Origin: Minisyncoccota bacterium
GTDB lineage: Bacteria > Patescibacteriota > Minisyncoccia > Phycocordibacterales > CAIZLB01
Assembly (NCBI GenBank): GCA_018062305.1
Contig: JAGOSK010000003.1
Span: 1-62,615 of the forward strand
Direction of reading: 5' to 3'
Length of the DNA stretch: 62,615 nucleotides
The translations under genes and the position numbers were made by a program. The notes beneath the pieces were generated by a model. That model was given only the letters and a program-made list of their open reading frames with translations. It did not search any database and was not told the DNA's origin. Shown in pieces: positions 19,176 through 29,250 of the stretch. How positions within the stretch are numbered: position 1 is the first letter of the stretch; each line of letters opens with the position of its first letter.

Positions 19176-19730
19176 TTAGGGTCGAGAGCGGGGTAAATGT
19201 GGTCTATACCCATTCTTCTCTCTGTGACGAATCCATCGGATGCGAGCGTACAGCAGTAGCACACACACAGGCCATATTGAGAGACAGATCAAGACCCCCA
19301 GACCATTGAAGTAAACTCCACTGAAGGAGACCCAATATCCGTCAGTCTGCCAGTACACCATCATTCCAACAAGACCCATTTTCTCAGTAAGAATTGACCT
19401 CTCCCAGAGAATGTCGTCTAGGTCTCCCCCATAGTCGAGAGTGGACCCTCTTTCGTTTGAGGCATAGCGATGATCTGGTTCCGATATCGCAACCTCTTCA
19501 AACCTCTGCATCAATGGCGTCAATGCATTCCAGGCAGACGAAGTGCTATGGAACATATCGATCCCCACAGCTGTAAAACTGATGCAAGCGAGGATGACGG
19601 AGCATAAATACTCCGCTGAATCAGTGAAGATTTTTGTAGTGAGAGCGACTGCTCCGCAAAACAGTGCGATCAGAATGACCACCAAGAAGATTTGCAAAAT
19701 AAGCGTCATGTCATTATCCCTTTCATGCAA
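19176..19730 (-). CDS. Hypothetical polytopic membrane protein
   Basis: Hydrophobic N- and C-terminal helices. No motif. Appears locally GC-richer. Confidence 0.4.
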   Translation of the reverse strand: MHERDNDMTLILQIFLVVILIALFCGAVALTTKIFTDSAEYLCSVILACISFTAVGIDMFHSTSSAWNALTPLMQRFEEVAISEPDHRYASNERGSTLDYGGDLDDILWERSILTEKMGLVGMMVYWQTDGYWVSFSGVYFNGLGVLICLSIWPVCVLLLYARIRWIRHREKNGYRPHLPRSRP

Positions 19731-19841
19731 CGTTCAGTGCACTTTGGCTCCCTTTCTAAAAAGCCGATTTTGTTGTTGATTTATTTGACTAAAAAGAACG
19801 TGAATATATTATATCACGTCATGTATATTAGTCAATACCAC

Positions 19842-20855
19842 TTATCTCTTCGTAATAATAGTCTTCTTGTATGTATCCAAGTGATCGAGTGCGATACCAG
19901 TCCCCTTCACCACACAGTAGAGTGCATCGTCAGCAAGCACAGCTTTTACGCCAGTACGTCGAAATACAAGTTCGGGAAGGTTTCGGAGCATTGATGAACC
20001 ACCGGTCATAATGATTCCATTATCAATAATATCTGATGCGAGCTCTGGAGGAGTTTCCTGCAACACATCCTTTATGGCCTTGATCATATCTCGAAGTTCT
20101 TTTGAAATAGCTTTTACAATTTCATTGGTCTTGATCTCGACTCCTCGTGGAAGTCCTGTTAGAAAATCTCGTCCTTTGATAGTCATGGCAAGTTCATCTT
20201 CTACAGGCACCGCAGAACCAACTTGTATTTTTATTTCCTCTGCAGTTTTATCTCCGATAGCGAGGTTGTATGTCTTCTTTATATAGTCAGTAATAGCAGC
20301 ATCAAGTTTGTTGCCTGCACACTTCACAGATGTACACGCTACGATACCTCCAAGTGAAATCACAGCAACGTCAGTTGTACCACCTCCGATGTCTACAATC
20401 ATATGTCCCACTGCTTCTTGTATTGAAATGCCAGCACCAATTGCAGCGAGAATTGGCTCTTTTACTACATATGCATTTTTAGCACCAGCTTTGATAGCAG
20501 CTTCGATAACCGCACGACGTTCAGTTGAGGTAACTCCAGCTGGTACAGAAATCATTACTTCCGGTTTCCAAATATTCCATTTACCCAAGGCTTTGTTTAT
20601 AAAATACCGGAGCATCGCCTCAGTCACACGATAATCGGCAATCACTCCGTCTTTCATCGGTCGATACGCAATAATACTGTCCGGAGTTTTTCCAATCATA
20701 TCTTTTGCTTCATTTCCTACAGCAAGAATCTGATTGTCTTGTTCGGAAACTGCGACCACTGACGGCTCATTGAGCACTACTCCACGTCCAGGTAAAAACA
20801 CGAGCGTGTTTGCGGTTCCAAGGTCTATTCCGAGTTTTTTTGAGAAGAATGACAT
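19842..20855 (-). CDS. mreB: Second MreB/Mbl-type actin homolog
   Basis: LGIDLGTANTLVF, VDIGGGTTDVAVISLGG, MTGGSSMLRNL. Confidence 0.9.
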   Translation of the reverse strand: MSFFSKKLGIDLGTANTLVFLPGRGVVLNEPSVVAVSEQDNQILAVGNEAKDMIGKTPDSIIAYRPMKDGVIADYRVTEAMLRYFINKALGKWNIWKPEVMISVPAGVTSTERRAVIEAAIKAGAKNAYVVKEPILAAIGAGISIQEAVGHMIVDIGGGTTDVAVISLGGIVACTSVKCAGNKLDAAITDYIKKTYNLAIGDKTAEEIKIQVGSAVPVEDELAMTIKGRDFLTGLPRGVEIKTNEIVKAISKELRDMIKAIKDVLQETPPELASDIIDNGIIMTGGSSMLRNLPELVFRRTGVKAVLADDALYCVVKGTGIALDHLDTYKKTIITKR

Positions 20856-20902
20856 GTGGGCATATAGTACTACAAAACGAGTAAAAATAAAAAAGACAGA
20901 AG

Positions 20903-20932
20903 AAGACCTGCCGGACTGTGTCGGCAGGTCTT
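20903..20932 (-). terminator. Intrinsic terminator hairpin (11-bp stem)
   Basis: AAGACCTGCCG-N8-CGGCAGGTCTT, downstream of the 20987-21538 ORF. Confidence 0.55.
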
Positions 20933-20986
20933 GTTTTCCAAGCTGAAAGGCGACACATTGGCAAAGCCAAGGTCTAAACTAACCTC

Positions 20987-21538
20987 TCAATTACTCAAAC
21001 AAATAGGAAGCCCTACCTTTCGTCTCGCTTCACGCAACGAAAGGGCTGAAATCTTGGGAAACCATTGATTGAACGACCAAAGCCGTGAGTAACGGTTAAA
21101 TTCGCTGCGGGATGTGTCACCTCCAGATAACTGCTCCGCAAATTCTACTGCGGATTCTATGTCATCAAAGTGACCCTTGATTGGAGAAGTGTGGAAGACT
21201 TCTTTCATCACTCCATCGCGTGCACACCTACTCAGGACACGTAAACCTCTCCTGAGTTCGAAGTATGCGATGCTTCCACGAGTCGGAAACAGGCACGTAC
21301 CTACATCAAACTGACTTGAACCACTCAACCAAACTTTCCGAATCTGAAACCGTTTGCGGTGGCAACCAATGCGACTTGGTTTGACGACGATAAATCGCCA
21401 GACTGAAACAGAAGAAGCAGACTGGGTGACAAAGGCGAGGGATGTTTTTCTCGGAGATACGAGATATTGTACCCCTCTCTCATTTCTAACTTTTTTCTGG
21501 GCCATTTCAGTAAGTGCAGGTACGTTCTGCAGACGCAT
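20987..21538 (-). CDS. Hypothetical basic protein
   Basis: ORF only, no recognisable motif. Confidence 0.3.
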   Translation of the reverse strand: MRLQNVPALTEMAQKKVRNERGVQYLVSPRKTSLAFVTQSASSVSVWRFIVVKPSRIGCHRKRFQIRKVWLSGSSQFDVGTCLFPTRGSIAYFELRRGLRVLSRCARDGVMKEVFHTSPIKGHFDDIESAVEFAEQLSGGDTSRSEFNRYSRLWSFNQWFPKISALSLREARRKVGLPICLSN

Positions 21539-21692
21539 CGTTTTATATTCCGCTGATGATACGGTTTTGTTTATATAACTGGAATCGACTTAAAAATCGA
21601 CCAAAGAATGTCAACGATCGAGCAAGGAAGCTTGGATATGTTGACCAAACTTCATCGTAAGACATCATTAAACCATACATCAATAAATATAC

Positions 21693-21737
21693 AACAAAAA
21701 AAACGCTGACCGGAGGATTGGAACCTACTGGTCAGCG
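21693..21737 (-). terminator. Intrinsic terminator
   Basis: CGCTGACC-N18-GGTCAGCG, followed on the minus strand by a T-run (plus-strand A-run 21693-21703). Confidence 0.6.
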
Positions 21738-21768
21738 CTCGGCATGTGGCATGTACTTCAATACCCCA

Positions 21769-22257
21769 CTACCTACAACCCCGAGGTGGTGGAGGATAAG
21801 GCATCTTATAACCTTCTCCTCCCGGCTTTGATTCGTCTGCTGAGTATGAGTGATCCTTTTCCTCAACCGTTTGTTTCCTTCCCAATTCTAGAGAGGGTGA
21901 AAGCAGACGAAAGATTTGATCGAGATCAGCTTCAGTGGGTGCATACTCAGTCGGAAGTTCTGGTTCAGCCGAATGTGGCTGACCACCGAACTGACTCACC
22001 GAGTAAGAGTAGCTTGGTAACTGCGCGGCGCTACTGGAATCGCAGATTGCGGCAGCACTGGACTTTTCCCACTGATAGATGTAGGAGTGATTAACAGTGA
22101 CAGTAAGGCCACCGTGGGCAATTTGCAGCGCGATTGCGACGAAGCAAGCACCAATGGCTGAGCACAAGAAAGCAAGGGCAAGTTCAATAAGGTAACGGTA
22201 GGACATAATTTTTGCGGAGAGGCTGAGTTTGAAGTGTTGTCGATGAGCTGATGTCAC
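21769..22257 (-). CDS. Hypothetical membrane-anchored protein with an acidic, Pro-rich tail
   Basis: ORF with one TM (LIELALAFLCSAIGACFVAIAL). The start may be the internal MSYRYL. Confidence 0.35.
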   Translation of the reverse strand: MTSAHRQHFKLSLSAKIMSYRYLIELALAFLCSAIGACFVAIALQIAHGGLTVTVNHSYIYQWEKSSAAAICDSSSAAQLPSYSYSVSQFGGQPHSAEPELPTEYAPTEADLDQIFRLLSPSLELGRKQTVEEKDHSYSADESKPGGEGYKMPYPPPPRGCR

Positions 22258-22404
22258 CTCATATACGAAAGTCGAGTAGGCTTCGTGCGTGAAATAACCA
22301 CAAAACAGTAATACACATATAAATAATAGTCAATACGCCGGAACCCTTCATTTTTGAGAGAATAGTAGTGAGCATCGAAACGCGACCGCGTTTCGCCGAA
22401 CCAC

Positions 22405-24432
22405 ATGAACATAGTCACCGTCTACCCTATTATCCGCGGAGCATTCAAAGATGAACTTACCTATTGGAGTTCACATGTTTTTTCACCCGGGACAATTATC
22501 GAAGTTCCCCTCCGTGGTCGAACCATCCCCGCACTCGTTGGGTCAGTAGTACCTGCAAGTCATGCTAAAGCAAATATTAAACAAGCATCGTTTGTCACTC
22601 GTAAAATTGAGAAAACAAAGGAGTTACATGTTGTAAAGCCTGAGTGCATACAGGCTTGCGCAAAAATGTCCGAACAATATGCCGTGCCGTTTGGGAGTGT
22701 GTTGAAATCATGTATTCCTGACGCAATATTGAAGGAGACCATCGAATCAAAAATTAAATTAGAAAAAATAAGTGAGTCAAAAGTAAATCCCGGAGTTGCC
22801 AGTGACATTTTAATTTTTCAGACTAATACCGAAGATCGTCTTGGTACATACAAAAGTATTGTACGCGAAGAATTCGCACGAAAACGCTCAGTGCTTATTA
22901 TTGCTCCAACTGTAATATCAGCAGAAGAGTTGCATAACAATCTTCAAAAAGGAATTGAGGATTATGTAGTCGTACTTCACGGAAGTCTGAGTAAAAAGAA
23001 ACAAATCGACATTTGGAAAAAAGCACTAAAAACTGATCACCCTGTACTAATTATTACTACCCCACTATTTGCATCAATTCCTCGACCTGATATTCAAACT
23101 ATAATTCTTGAAAGGGAGTCCTCGAGAGCCTATTCAGCTATTCGTATGCCATATATAGATTTTCGAGATTATATTGAAACCTACGCGAAGCTTCAGAACT
23201 CTCGACTCATTTTGGGAGATACAATGCTTCGTGTTGAAACATTGTATCGAAGAGAAACTGGAGAAATTAGCGATTTCTTTCCTGTCTCGTACAGAGTTGA
23301 AAAAGAAGCAGAACTTATTATTGTAGATACTAGTAAAAAGGAGCTCACTAAAGAGCAGATTAAAGAAGGGGTGAAAAATAAACCATTTCAACTTTTCTCA
23401 GAAGAGCTCCACTCAATGATTGAATATACCGGCAAGAAATCTTTACCTATGTTTATATTCACCGCCCGGCGAGGTCTTTCACCACAGACGGTCTGTGGAG
23501 ACTGTGGACACACAGTAGAGTGCCAGGTCTGTCATGCACCGATTGTATTGCATCAAAAAAAGACTGCATCTCTTGCAACAAGTGTGACAGGTTCATCAAT
23601 ATCTGCATCAACATCCAAAAACGAGTATTCCATGGATATCAACCCAAATCGTTTTTTCCTCTGTCATCATTGTGGTACTGAGCGCGGAGCAGTCGAAGCG
23701 TGTGCTATATGTGGAAGTTGGAAACTTATTACCCTTGGTATCGGTATTGAAACAGTTGCAGAAGAGATCAAAAAACATTTTCCAAAACGACATCTGTTTA
23801 GGCTTGATAAGGATGTAGTAAAAACGGACAAACAAGCACACGATGTTATACAAGAATTTACAAAAAGTTCTGATGGAATTTTACTAGGAACAGAAAGCTC
23901 ACTTGCTTTTCTTCCACAGATAGAATACTCCGCCATAGCGTCACTTGATAGTCTATTTTCAATTCCTGATTTCAAAATTAATGAACGTATTACTCATACT
24001 ATCTTGAGAATTCTTGAAAAGACCTCAAAATATGTTCTCATCCAGACGAGAAGTCTAAAGAATTCTGTTTTAAAACATATCGAATCTGGAAATCTATTGA
24101 GCTTATACAGAGAGGAGATAGCAATACGAAAAATGCTTCATTATCCCCCATTTATAACTCATATAAAAATTACAATTGAAGACACTCGAGCAAGTGCAAC
24201 TTTAAAGATGAAAAGACTTCAGCAACTTTTGGAAGAGTGCGAGAAAAATTCTTCTGCTAAGTTTGAAACCTTAGTATTTCCAGCATTTGTTCCAGGCGCC
24301 AAAGGAAAGTCAACATTACACCTACTCCTATCCTTAACAAAGGATGCATGGCCAGACGAACACCTTCGACTACTTTTGCAAAGTTTACCTCATGAATACG
24401 CAGTGCGAGTAAATCCTGAAAGTTTGTTATAA
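22405..24432 (+). CDS. priA: Primosomal protein N' (PriA) homolog with degenerate helicase motifs
   Basis: PriA architecture and a Cys-rich zinc region (CGDCGHTVECQVCHAPIVLH...CHHCGTERGAVEACAICGS). The Walker A, DEEH and arginine-finger positions are substituted. Confidence 0.75.
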   Translation: MNIVTVYPIIRGAFKDELTYWSSHVFSPGTIIEVPLRGRTIPALVGSVVPASHAKANIKQASFVTRKIEKTKELHVVKPECIQACAKMSEQYAVPFGSVLKSCIPDAILKETIESKIKLEKISESKVNPGVASDILIFQTNTEDRLGTYKSIVREEFARKRSVLIIAPTVISAEELHNNLQKGIEDYVVVLHGSLSKKKQIDIWKKALKTDHPVLIITTPLFASIPRPDIQTIILERESSRAYSAIRMPYIDFRDYIETYAKLQNSRLILGDTMLRVETLYRRETGEISDFFPVSYRVEKEAELIIVDTSKKELTKEQIKEGVKNKPFQLFSEELHSMIEYTGKKSLPMFIFTARRGLSPQTVCGDCGHTVECQVCHAPIVLHQKKTASLATSVTGSSISASTSKNEYSMDINPNRFFLCHHCGTERGAVEACAICGSWKLITLGIGIETVAEEIKKHFPKRHLFRLDKDVVKTDKQAHDVIQEFTKSSDGILLGTESSLAFLPQIEYSAIASLDSLFSIPDFKINERITHTILRILEKTSKYVLIQTRSLKNSVLKHIESGNLLSLYREEIAIRKMLHYPPFITHIKITIEDTRASATLKMKRLQQLLEECEKNSSAKFETLVFPAFVPGAKGKSTLHLLLSLTKDAWPDEHLRLLLQSLPHEYAVRVNPESLL

Positions 24433-24443
24433 TATGAAAAAAT

Positions 24444-25082
24444 ATGTCACCTGCTAAAAAAACACAATCAAACGGTTTTATTCCAGCAATCGTAAGTGAA
24501 GGCCATCCAGCATTACGAGCTATTTCAGAAGAGATTCCCCTTTCTGAAATATCGAGTGCTAAAATTCAAAATCTTATTACTGATATGAAGAAAGCTCTTG
24601 CGTCACAAGAGGACGGTATTGGACTTGCTGCTCCTCAAATAGGTGTGCCTTTGCGAATATTTATTGTTTCCAAGAAGATTTTTTCATCGCACGGGCCAAG
24701 CTCTGAACAAGAGTCAGAGAACGACACCACTAAATCATCTGCAAAGTCTGCAAAGATTGATGATTTAGTGTTTATTAATCCAGTCCTCACTAAGGAATCA
24801 AAAGAAAAAAAATGGATGGAAGGTGAAGGGTGTCTTTCTGTCCGATGGGTATACGGTAAAGTGCGAAGATCTACCAAAGTGACCATTCGAGCATATGATG
24901 AAAACGGTCGAGTATTTGAGAGAGGTGCAGGAGGACTGCTTGCCCATATTTTTCAACATGAAGTTGATCACTTAAACGGTTTACTATTTATTGATAAAGC
25001 GAAAGACATCGAGGAGGTAGACCCTAAAGAAGTTAAAGCTCATTCCAAGAAAACTAACAAACCAAAAGAATCCAAAAAGTAA
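24444..25082 (+). CDS. def: Peptide deformylase
   Basis: GLAAPQIG, EGCLS, HEVDHL. Carries an acidic/Ser-rich insertion and a Lys-rich tail. Confidence 0.9.
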   Translation: MSPAKKTQSNGFIPAIVSEGHPALRAISEEIPLSEISSAKIQNLITDMKKALASQEDGIGLAAPQIGVPLRIFIVSKKIFSSHGPSSEQESENDTTKSSAKSAKIDDLVFINPVLTKESKEKKWMEGEGCLSVRWVYGKVRRSTKVTIRAYDENGRVFERGAGGLLAHIFQHEVDHLNGLLFIDKAKDIEEVDPKEVKAHSKKTNKPKESKK

Positions 25083-26050
25083 TGAGAAGTAACGGGATTT
25101 TAAATTTAAACCACACAGATACAATGTTCAAAGATACAAAAACAGATTCATACGGTTCATACAGGTCGAAAGGAATTAACACTATATTTTTTGGTACATC
25201 AGAATTTTCAATATATGTACTCGAACAGCTCATACAACGTGGTATCACTCCTACTGCAATAGTTACGGTAGCAGATAGACCTGCAGGGCGAAAAATGGAA
25301 CTCACTCCCCCACCACTCAAAGTCTGGGCTACTCTGCACAATGTAACTTACTTTCAATTTGAAAAACTCAAAGAGGAAAATACTATTACAACTCTCAAAT
25401 CGCTCGAAGCCGATGTGTTTATCGTCGCCTCATATGGGAAAATAATACCAGAAGCTATCCTTCAAATACCAAAGTATGGTGCTCTCAATGTGCACCCTTC
25501 GCTACTCCCAAAACTACGTGGCGCAACTCCACTTCAGACTTCTATTATGCAAGACATGCAATACACCGGTGTAAGTATTATCAAAATGGACAAAGAAATG
25601 GATCATGGTCCGCTGGTAGCTACACACGAAGAAGAAGTGAGTCCGTGGCCACAGACGTATCCTGAACTTGAAAAATATCTTGCATTAAAGGGCGCGGACT
25701 TACTAGCAGACAAGCTCAATGACTATATCAGTGGTAAACTAGTACCATCAGAGCAAGCGCATGAAAATGCTACCTACACTGCAAAGATCGAAAAAAATGA
25801 TGGACTTATTTCCCTCGATAATTTAGTTGGCGACCAAGGGTGGAATACTTTTCTCAAATATAATGCGTTTTATGGCGGTCCAGGACTCTTCTTTTTTGCA
25901 CGTAAAGGTAATGCAGACATCCGCGTGAAAATAAAAGAAGCAGCGTGGAACACAGCACTCGAGACTATGGAAATTCTTCGAGTTATACCTGAGGGTAAGA
26001 AAGAGATGAATTGGAAAGAATTTATAAATTATATTAATATACAAAAATGA
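25082..26050 (+). CDS. fmt: Methionyl-tRNA formyltransferase
   Basis: IFFGTSEFS, VASYGKIIP, NVHPSLLPKLRGATPLQ. Start overlaps the def stop (TAATG). Confidence 0.9.
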   Translation: MRSNGILNLNHTDTMFKDTKTDSYGSYRSKGINTIFFGTSEFSIYVLEQLIQRGITPTAIVTVADRPAGRKMELTPPPLKVWATLHNVTYFQFEKLKEENTITTLKSLEADVFIVASYGKIIPEAILQIPKYGALNVHPSLLPKLRGATPLQTSIMQDMQYTGVSIIKMDKEMDHGPLVATHEEEVSPWPQTYPELEKYLALKGADLLADKLNDYISGKLVPSEQAHENATYTAKIEKNDGLISLDNLVGDQGWNTFLKYNAFYGGPGLFFFARKGNADIRVKIKEAAWNTALETMEILRVIPEGKKEMNWKEFINYINIQK

Positions 26051-27873
26051 ATAACATAAAGACACACAGATATACCCTTTTACTCGTACTGGTCCTATGC
26101 AGTTTATACAGCATCAACAATGCGCAAATCTCTTCTGCTGATACTCTGACAGAAACTATCAGCACTGCTGCACCTGGTGTACAAGATATCATCGTGGTTG
26201 GAGACAAGTTATACATTGCTACAACAGGCGGTAGTGGACCAGTAGTGATCATCGATACTGCAAACAATAACGCGACATCAAGTGTAAATATTGGGTCACT
26301 CCCAACTGCACTTGCCAGTCTTGGGGATAATATTTATGTTACAAGATTTAGTAGTAATAATATTTCCATAATAGACACTGCAAATAGCAACGCGGTATCA
26401 ACTCTTGCGGTAGGTGGAGGCACCTCAGCAATCACTGCTCTCGGCACGAAAGTATATGCAACACTTCACAACCTTGATTCAGTAATTGTTATTGATACAG
26501 CTAACAGTAACGCAACATCGAGCGTAACAGTTGGTGATAACCCAAGAGCTATAACAACTTTGGGTGACAAGGTATACGTCTCAAACACAACAGGCAATAC
26601 TGTGACTGTGATAGATACAGCAGACAACAACGCCACTACCACGATATCTGTTGGAACTTCACCCCAATTTATTACCGCTATAGGCAGTAATATATATGTT
26701 GCAAATGCAGGAAGTAATAGCGTATCTATTATTGATTCGGCAACTAATGCCGTCAGTACCGCCATTGTTGAGGGTACACCATTTCACATCGACAGTATTG
26801 GAACAAATGTGTATGTTTCGAATGTAGCAAGTAGCTCTGTCTCAATCATCGACACTGCAAATAGCAACGCGGTATCACACGTAGCTGTTGGTACGGGTCC
26901 GAGAAAGATAGAGGTCCTTGGAAGTAAGGTATACGTAACAAACCACAGCGATGATACTATTTCTATTATAAATACAGCAAACAATAATGCTATTCAGACA
27001 CTCTCAGTTGGAGATGATCCGACTAATATAAAAGCCCTCGGTACCAAGGTCTATTCTGCAACATCTGCTAGTGGTGTGGTCAACGTTATCGAACCAGATA
27101 CGACTGCCCCTACTATATCCTCAGTATCTTCAAACAAAACAGACGGCACATACGGTGTTGGAGAGGTTATCGACATTGAATTAACTTTTTCTGAAATCGT
27201 GACATCAAGTAGTACCGTTACGGTGACGCTCGAAACAGGAGCTACAGACAGAACTTGCACATTCACCGTAGCCGCATCTACAACCGCCAGCTGTGACTAT
27301 ACCGTACAAGCCGGCGACTCATCTTCTGACTTATCTATATCTAGTATTTCAGGAAGCATTACTGATATCGGGACAAACGCCATGTCAAATTTTGTGCCAA
27401 CTATTGATCTTGCTACAAATAAAAATTTAGTAATAAATACAGACACACCGACTCCTCCGCCTACAACTGGTATGCGTACTGGAGGTGGTTCAGGTGGAGG
27501 TTCTTCTGGTGGTACTAACAGCACTGTGAACCCAACAACAGTTATCAATCAAGGCATTTCAAATGACCATCAAACAGTACCGGCAGGGCTGGGGCTAAAT
27601 CAAATAAGCGCAGACTACAAATTCACTCGAAACGCGACTTTGAGCGCTAGAAACAATGAAGTGCTTCAACTTCAAAAATTCTTGAACCTGCAAGGTTTTT
27701 CAGTATCAAAAAGTGGAAATGGAGCTATAGGGAGTGAGACAAATTATTTTGGTAATGCTACTCGCTCAGCTCTTGCCCGATTCCAAAAAGCAAAAGGCAT
27801 ACAACCTGCCGTTGGATTCTTTGGACCTATCACCAGATCATACATAAACGGTATCATTCACTCAATGAAATAG
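26047..27873 (+). CDS. Secreted YVTN-type beta-propeller repeat protein with Ig-like module and C-terminal peptidoglycan-binding domain
   Basis: Signal peptide, about eight ~41-aa repeats (...VYV.N..SN.VSIIDTANN.A...V.VG..P...), an Ig-like module shared with the 4184-6922 protein, poly-Gly/Ser, and LQLQKFLNLQGFSV...ALARFQKAKGI. Confidence 0.8.
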   Translation: MNNIKTHRYTLLLVLVLCSLYSINNAQISSADTLTETISTAAPGVQDIIVVGDKLYIATTGGSGPVVIIDTANNNATSSVNIGSLPTALASLGDNIYVTRFSSNNISIIDTANSNAVSTLAVGGGTSAITALGTKVYATLHNLDSVIVIDTANSNATSSVTVGDNPRAITTLGDKVYVSNTTGNTVTVIDTADNNATTTISVGTSPQFITAIGSNIYVANAGSNSVSIIDSATNAVSTAIVEGTPFHIDSIGTNVYVSNVASSSVSIIDTANSNAVSHVAVGTGPRKIEVLGSKVYVTNHSDDTISIINTANNNAIQTLSVGDDPTNIKALGTKVYSATSASGVVNVIEPDTTAPTISSVSSNKTDGTYGVGEVIDIELTFSEIVTSSSTVTVTLETGATDRTCTFTVAASTTASCDYTVQAGDSSSDLSISSISGSITDIGTNAMSNFVPTIDLATNKNLVINTDTPTPPPTTGMRTGGGSGGGSSGGTNSTVNPTTVINQGISNDHQTVPAGLGLNQISADYKFTRNATLSARNNEVLQLQKFLNLQGFSVSKSGNGAIGSETNYFGNATRSALARFQKAKGIQPAVGFFGPITRSYINGIIHSMK

Positions 27874-27930
27874 GATCGGTGAGTTGGAAAAATTCTTGAA
27901 TTATAATTATATTGTATGTCTCCTCTAACT

Positions 27931-28461
27931 CTAGAGCGAATTTAGAATACTGTTAATTTGTTTAAATGAGCTTACTTTCACAATCTTGTGCTTATACGGC
28001 TCTAAAAGTTTATGTAGATGAGACACATGGCTTGAATATGTAGTGTCATACCGCTTCTTTGTAACATGCTTGAGCATACCGAACGCTTCTCCCAAGCTCT
28101 CTTTTGGACCATCTCCGAATCTACGCTTTATACTTCTATTAATAAGCGAAAAATATTGATGAAGAATATTTTCAAAAGCTAGAAGATAGATGGTGTCACA
28201 TTTCTCAAGTGCACCTCTAATCAAATGTTTAGTAGTACCGTCAACAATCCAGCCATTCGGCTGAGAATAAACTTCATCCTCTATCATCGTCACACTCAGA
28301 TCTCTATCTCTTGGCACAGAAAACTTTTTTTCGAAATAGAAGTCATCCGTACTGTAATGATTAACTCCCAACTTTTTTGCCAAAGCGGATGCAAATGTCG
28401 TCTTTCCACGACCAGCATCTCCGACAACTAATATTCTTCTAGGGTTTTGCGATGCTTCCAT
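27931..28461 (-). CDS. P-loop NTPase, adenylate-kinase/topology-modulation-protein-like
   Basis: ILVVGDAGRGKTTFASALAKKLGVNHYSTDDF...WIVDG. Confidence 0.6.
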   Translation of the reverse strand: MEASQNPRRILVVGDAGRGKTTFASALAKKLGVNHYSTDDFYFEKKFSVPRDRDLSVTMIEDEVYSQPNGWIVDGTTKHLIRGALEKCDTIYLLAFENILHQYFSLINRSIKRRFGDGPKESLGEAFGMLKHVTKKRYDTTYSSHVSHLHKLLEPYKHKIVKVSSFKQINSILNSL

Positions 28462-28467
28462 AATAGC

Positions 28468-28860
28468 CTACTTCCCCCTCAGTCTCTTTAATTTCCTCCC
28501 TGCAGAGCCTGCGACACCGTGAGCGAGTGCTTTGATAGTCTGTGCACCTCTTCTCCATAGAGTGTGTTTTTTATCCTTCTTTGATGCGAGCACATCGAAG
28601 AGATCATTTTGTGCCTTGTCGATTGCTGTGTAGAGATCAGAATCCTCTGCTACCACGCGAGAAAACTGACCATGAGAGTTCGTATTGAATTCAGCTTTAA
28701 AAATATCTCCTGACCGATGATGATTGGTTGTTTTACCCAGGTCAGCTTCCACTCGAGAATCAGCATCTAAAAACTTTTCGAGCGTCTTGAGCTTTTTGGT
28801 AACATACTCCTCAACCGCTGAACTAATTTCTATATGTGAACCTTTGATGATGATATTCAT
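28468..28860 (-). CDS. hpf: Ribosome hibernation promoting factor / RaiA family
   Basis: MNIIIKGSHIEISSAVEEYVTKKLKTLEKFL... is typical of the sigma-54 modulation protein/S30EA family. Confidence 0.8.
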   Translation of the reverse strand: MNIIIKGSHIEISSAVEEYVTKKLKTLEKFLDADSRVEADLGKTTNHHRSGDIFKAEFNTNSHGQFSRVVAEDSDLYTAIDKAQNDLFDVLASKKDKKHTLWRRGAQTIKALAHGVAGSAGRKLKRLRGK

Positions 28861-28956
28861 ATTATTTTGTTGAATTAACTACTCTGATAATGTCTTAATT
28901 ATATCACCTTTTCCAAGCTACATGTTCCATTACCTATTCCAAATCGAGTCTCTATC

Positions 28957-29181
28957 TTACCGGCCCATAACTTCGATTATTTTGGAAGGACTATGATGTC
29001 CAGTTATAATTCGCAAGATAGAAACAGGAACATCTAAATATTCCGCCATAAGCAGAAGCATCGCATAGTTTGCCTTATTCTCTTTCGCCTCCTCACGCAC
29101 AAATACTATATACGAAGCGTCGTTCTTTTTGACCACCTCATCTTTGTTCGAATCAGGTTTTATTTTGATGTGTATAAGCAT
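28957..29181 (-). CDS. DUF167 (YggU-like) protein
   Basis: IKIKPDSNKDEVV...YIVFVREEAKENKANYAMLLLMAEYLDVPVSILRIITGHHSPSKIIEV. Start taken at the internal ATG 29179-29181. Confidence 0.6.
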   Translation of the reverse strand: MLIHIKIKPDSNKDEVVKKNDASYIVFVREEAKENKANYAMLLLMAEYLDVPVSILRIITGHHSPSKIIEVMGR

Positions 29182-29250
29182 TCTTATATGTAAGGTATCA
29201 CAATTTGGCACCATGTTCCAAAAATCCAAAATTTGAAGTATACTGTGTAC

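Noticed and set aside
21714-21738. tRNA-Asn T-arm-like fragment (GGATTGGAACCTAC versus GGATCGAACCTAC) as a distant att duplicate
   Set aside because: Only about 12 of 14 nt match, and it forms the loop of an ordinary terminator hairpin. An island spanning 21.7-53.8 kb would have to include priA, def and fmt.
19100-22300. GC-richer patch as evidence of a horizontally acquired block
   Set aside because: My spot counts (32/60 G+C at 19141-19200 versus 26/60 at 18361-18420) are too small a sample. A sliding-window calculation is needed, which I cannot run.
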